From: Ascoidea asiatica JCM 7603
Lineage: Eukaryota; Fungi; Ascomycota
Direction: 5' to 3'
Assembly: GCA_001600695.1 (NCBI GenBank)
Contig: BCKQ01000001.1
Location: 1,800,005 to 1,864,004 of the forward strand
Length of the DNA: 64,000 nt
Shown: one piece after another, positions 59,799-64,000 of the stretch
Layout: each line of letters starts with the position of its first letter
How positions within the stretch are numbered: the stretch's first letter is position 1
Notes under the pieces: generated by a model
Told to the model about the DNA's origin: nothing
The model's database searches: none
What the model saw: only the letters and a program-made list of their open reading frames with translations
Position numbers and translations under genes: made by a program

Positions 59799-61261
59799 AA
59801 TAAATTTAAGGAATCATTAATTCATTTCATTTACTCTTTACAAAATTTATCATTAATTCATTCCAATGTAGAAATTGCAAGGCATCAGAATACTTTTGAA
59901 TAGTAAGCAGAGTGATTATGATCATCATAATAATAAAAGTATTAAAAGTATTATTTCAATATTATTTTAATATTATTCCATGTTGAATGTTAACAGAAAG
60001 GGTTGAGAATTGAATAACATAGAATAAATATAGTATTTAGTATTTAGTATTTATTTAGTACATTGTAATTGAGTATTTGTTTGTTATTTATTTGAATAAC
60101 GTTGATATTTATTGCATTTGAATTTGAAATTAGGTGGAAAAGTGTTGAGAATTTACTTCATTTACTTCATTCAAAGAACTCAAATTCAAATTCAAATTCA
60201 AGTTTAAACTGTTTTAAAATTTAATTTAGACAATTGTTGAAAGTTGTAATAAGTAATAAGTAATAAGTAATATTTATTTCATCTCATTTCAGTAATTCTT
60301 CTTCACTGTGCTGGGCTGGCTAGTTTTTAATCTTCCTACGTTTATTATTGCAATCAATCTAATATATAATAATATAATAATATAATACTTAATATAATAC
60401 TTAATATAATACTTAATATACTACTTAATATTCTGCTCAGTCAAATATAATCAATCATATCCAAGTAATCATCAATCGATAATCAATATATTTATCAATC
60501 AATAGCTATCCACAAATACAAGTAAGTTGGCTATTTGTATTTATTTGTTTTTGCATTTGTTTTTGTTATTCTTTGCTGTTATCATTGCATCTTTCAATAC
60601 TTCTTCATTATCACTTCTCGTCACTTCTCTTACAACTACAACTACAAACATAATTCATTATCAATAATCAATATCTAACAATCAATATATTTATCTTCTT
60701 CATCTTCATTATCATTATCATTATCATTCAGTTATAATATATCCCAAATCTTCATATCATATCTCTGTCATTCTCATCCTTGTCATACTTTTTTGTTCTC
60801 ATTCTCCTTGATTCTGTATAAAGACTTGCTAAGGCCTTTTTGTTACTTAAACCTGGTTTAAAACTACAATTACTAATAATATTTTGCAAAAAAAAAAAAA
60901 TATAATACAAGTACTTAAACTAAATTATATATTTTCTCATAACGTTGCTTTCTCAAATATTTATTACTTTATTCCATTTACTTTCTATATTATATTAATT
61001 TATATCAATTTATATCAATTTATATTAAATTATATTATATCATTATATTCTACAAACTTCATATTCTTATTCATATTCATCTTCATTCTCATTCTCATTC
61101 TCATCATTTATCATTTATCATTTATCATTTATCATTTATCAAAAGAATTCATTTTCTTTTATAATCACATAATCAATTAATCATCTAATATTTTCACAAT
61201 TCATCCTTCAATTTTTTTTTCATTACAAATTAATCATTTTAATAAAAGCCATCAATATATA

Positions 61262-63139
61262 ATGGCTAAAGATAGAATATCAAAGCCAGGCGTATATAAA
61301 AATAAATCAAGAAAGAATTCTCTGGCAAGTGTTCATAAATCAACTTCTTCTGATTTAATTTTAAAAGCAGCTCAATCTCAATCTCAATCTCAATCTCAAA
61401 ATCAAAATCATTCTCATTCTCAATCTCAGAATCAAATTCATTCTCATTCACAATTACAATCTCATTCTGTTCTTTTAAAACATTCAAATTCAATATCTGT
61501 ATCTAATAATTATCAAAATTATCATTCAACTTATAATCAAACATCTTTATCAAATAATTTACCTTTACAATCTCAAATAAATTCTCAAATTAATCCTCAA
61601 ATAAATCCTCAAATTCAACATCAGTTTCAATATCAACAGTCTCAAGTTCCTAATGGTACTTTAACTCCTCAAAATCTTCATCCTACTTCTTTTCAACAAA
61701 ATAATTATAATAATATTAATAATCTCAATAATCTCAATAATCTCAATAATCTTAATAATATTAACAACATTAACAACATTAATAATCTCAACAATATAAA
61801 TAATCTTAATAATATCAATAACCTTGGTAATTTAAATAATGTTAGTACTTTTGATAACCTAAATACTATAAATCCAGTTACCACCACTACTTCTAACAAT
61901 AATAACATTAAAGCTAATAATGATAATAATGGTAATAATCAAAATAATCAAAATATGGACTTATATTATAAATTTGCAAATCAACAAAAAGTTTTAGAAT
62001 ATCAAATTAAACAAGAAAGAATTCAAAAATATTTAATTGAAGAAAAAAAAGTTCTTGAAAAAGTTGAACAAGAAGAATTTGAATTATATAAAAAAAAATT
62101 AGCAGAAGAAGAAGAAAAAAAAATTAATTTAATTAAAATTTCAAAAAAAAATGATACTCAACAAGTTTATATTAAAAATAAATTAGATAATATTATGAAA
62201 ATTAATACTGTTACTGATCCAAGTAAAATAACTTTAATGGGAATGCCTTCAAATTCAAAAAAATTTAATAATCTCAATAATAATAATTTAATTAGTTATC
62301 AATACTCTTCAAATCAAACTCAAAATGGTTTACTATTAAATCCTCCTTTACAACAACAACAAAATAATCAATATTTACCTTCTTTAAGTCAACAGTTTAC
62401 TTCTTATCAATCTAATCCATTATCTGGAATTTCCCAACAATCAAAAGAATTATCAAATCCTCATCCTTTAACTAATCAATATTTAAATAATAATAATAAT
62501 AATAATACCAATTCCTCTTATTATGATATTAAAGGTTTGAATTCTAAAAAACTATTAAATGATTTATCTCCAAATCAAAATCAATTACCTTCCATAAAAT
62601 ATTTATTAAAAGATAATATAATTTCAACTAGTCCAATCAATATTTCAAGTATTTCAAATAAAAATTCATTATCCCCTTCAATGTCTCCAAGAGGACCACA
62701 ACAACCACAACAGCTTCAACAGCAACAACAAATGATTCCTTTACAATCCCAATTAGTAAATTCAAATTCAAATACAAGTAATCAATATCAATATCCATCT
62801 ATAGACCAATCTTTAAATCAAAATTTACCATATTCAATGAATAATTTTCAATTTAATTATAACTCTATATCAACAACAAATTTACCATTGCCAAGGTTTA
62901 CAACTAATACGGCAAATACAACCAATACAACAAGTACATTAAATACATTAAATACAGTAAATACAATAAATACGATAAATTATCAAAATGATCAAATTCC
63001 AGCAAGTTCAATTCAAAATTCAAATAGAAATTCTTCTGGAGGTAATTTAAATACAAGTAATTCAACAAGTAATACTACTCCAAATAATACAACTCCAAAT
63101 TATGCTAATAATATATATTATCAGCAAAATTATAAATAA
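61262..63139 (+). CDS. Hypothetical N/Q-rich protein with a central coiled coil
   Basis: 625-codon ORF with the same codon bias as neighbouring genes. It has a basic N-terminus, a charged helical segment (QQKVLEYQIKQERIQKYLIEEKKVLEK...) and an LPSIKYLL motif. No family recognised. Confidence 0.75.
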   Translation: MAKDRISKPGVYKNKSRKNSLASVHKSTSSDLILKAAQSQSQSQSQNQNHSHSQSQNQIHSHSQLQSHSVLLKHSNSISVSNNYQNYHSTYNQTSLSNNLPLQSQINSQINPQINPQIQHQFQYQQSQVPNGTLTPQNLHPTSFQQNNYNNINNLNNLNNLNNLNNINNINNINNLNNINNLNNINNLGNLNNVSTFDNLNTINPVTTTTSNNNNIKANNDNNGNNQNNQNMDLYYKFANQQKVLEYQIKQERIQKYLIEEKKVLEKVEQEEFELYKKKLAEEEEKKINLIKISKKNDTQQVYIKNKLDNIMKINTVTDPSKITLMGMPSNSKKFNNLNNNNLISYQYSSNQTQNGLLLNPPLQQQQNNQYLPSLSQQFTSYQSNPLSGISQQSKELSNPHPLTNQYLNNNNNNNTNSSYYDIKGLNSKKLLNDLSPNQNQLPSIKYLLKDNIISTSPINISSISNKNSLSPSMSPRGPQQPQQLQQQQQMIPLQSQLVNSNSNTSNQYQYPSIDQSLNQNLPYSMNNFQFNYNSISTTNLPLPRFTTNTANTTNTTSTLNTLNTVNTINTINYQNDQIPASSIQNSNRNSSGGNLNTSNSTSNTTPNNTTPNYANNIYYQQNYK

Positions 63140-64000
63140 TTAATGGACTTTTAAAACTGTTACTTATTTAAATATTACAATTTAATATTTTTATATTGTT
63201 ATACCATTTGTATTTTTATATTATTGTAATTGTGCCTTTTAACATTAAAAAACCAATTTTCCAATTTTTTATATTATTTCATCTTAAAGTTGGTTTTTAG
63301 TTTCATTGTTGTTTAATTTTGTTGTCATTTTCATATCTTACACTACATTCATTATATTCATTCATTCGTTCATTCACTTATTTATTAAATTATTTATTGT
63401 TTCTTAAACATTATAAGTTTTTAAGTTCATAAAATCATAAATCTATATCATCATAAATCCAAATAATCATTAGTTTATTGAATTTATTAAGTCATTTAAT
63501 CATTTCATCCAAATTTTCAATAAACCATAATATAAAATCATCACAATTATAGATTCAATTATCATCATCATTAACTTTTTTTTTTTTTTTTATTTTTTTC
63601 AACTAAGCAACTCATTTTACTTCTTTTCAAAAGCACTAGTCTATTTTTTTGATATTTAACTAATTGTTAATTTTTTTTTTCTTTTGTCGGTTAATTGATC
63701 CTCTTTTTAAAAGATCTCAATTAGATTTTGAAGTCAATTTGTATTATTATTTTTAAGTGCTATTGGGTTGTTTATATATAAATTTGGTAGTTTAATTTGT
63801 TTTATCAATATCTTTTTTAGTTTGAATTATTTCTTTTTATTATTTTTATTATTTTTATTATCTTTTTGTTATTTTTAATATACTTTTTTTTTATCAAAAA
63901 TATGAACACTTGAAATCAATTTTTATTCTTGTCATTTATCATCATTTTCATTAATACATTTAAAGGGATATTAAAATTTTTGTTTTTAATCTTTTATAGA

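Noticed and set aside
10034-61908. Numerous short ORFs antisense to or overlapping long genes (poly-Ile/Leu/Tyr translations)
   Set aside because: They are shadow frames of (AAT)n/(GAT)n microsatellite-rich coding sequence.

Overview
Extremely AT-rich (roughly 20-25% GC by eye) budding-yeast (Saccharomycotina) chromosomal DNA. Genes are intron-poor and many proteins carry long poly-Asn/Gln insertions. The composition suggests an Ascoidea-like yeast, but that is inference only. Gene order: UBC6 (partial), intron-containing tRNA-Met(e), NADP-GDH, PTH2, CaaX-ended globin, PEX11C-like, SFK1, APSES TF (EFG1/SOK2), RPS30 (spliced, absent from the ORF track), EFM7/NNT1, peroxisomal dienoyl-CoA isomerase, a degenerate ACS-family MFS protein, an eIF3j/HCR1-like gene, a Myb/SANT-like (PIF/Harbinger-type) protein, NEO1, tRNA-Gly, a tail-anchored orphan, an ATO/ADY2-family protein, TFA1, DPM2, ITR, a RING-TRAF zinc-finger protein and an N/Q-rich orphan. 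The most interesting part is the 28.6-41.2 kb block, which has four unusual elements. (i) A divergent eIF3j paralog whose acidic, eIF3b-binding N-terminus is replaced by a basic one and which can only be expressed by splicing a GC-AG intron. (ii) An apparently domesticated Harbinger-type Myb/SANT protein. (iii) A transporter that has lost conserved charged residues. (iv) A 3.36-kb ORF-free gap between convergent genes that carries an orphan Tbf1/poly(T)/TATA promoter, suggesting an unannotated ncRNA. All family calls come from recognising motifs by eye; no searches were run.
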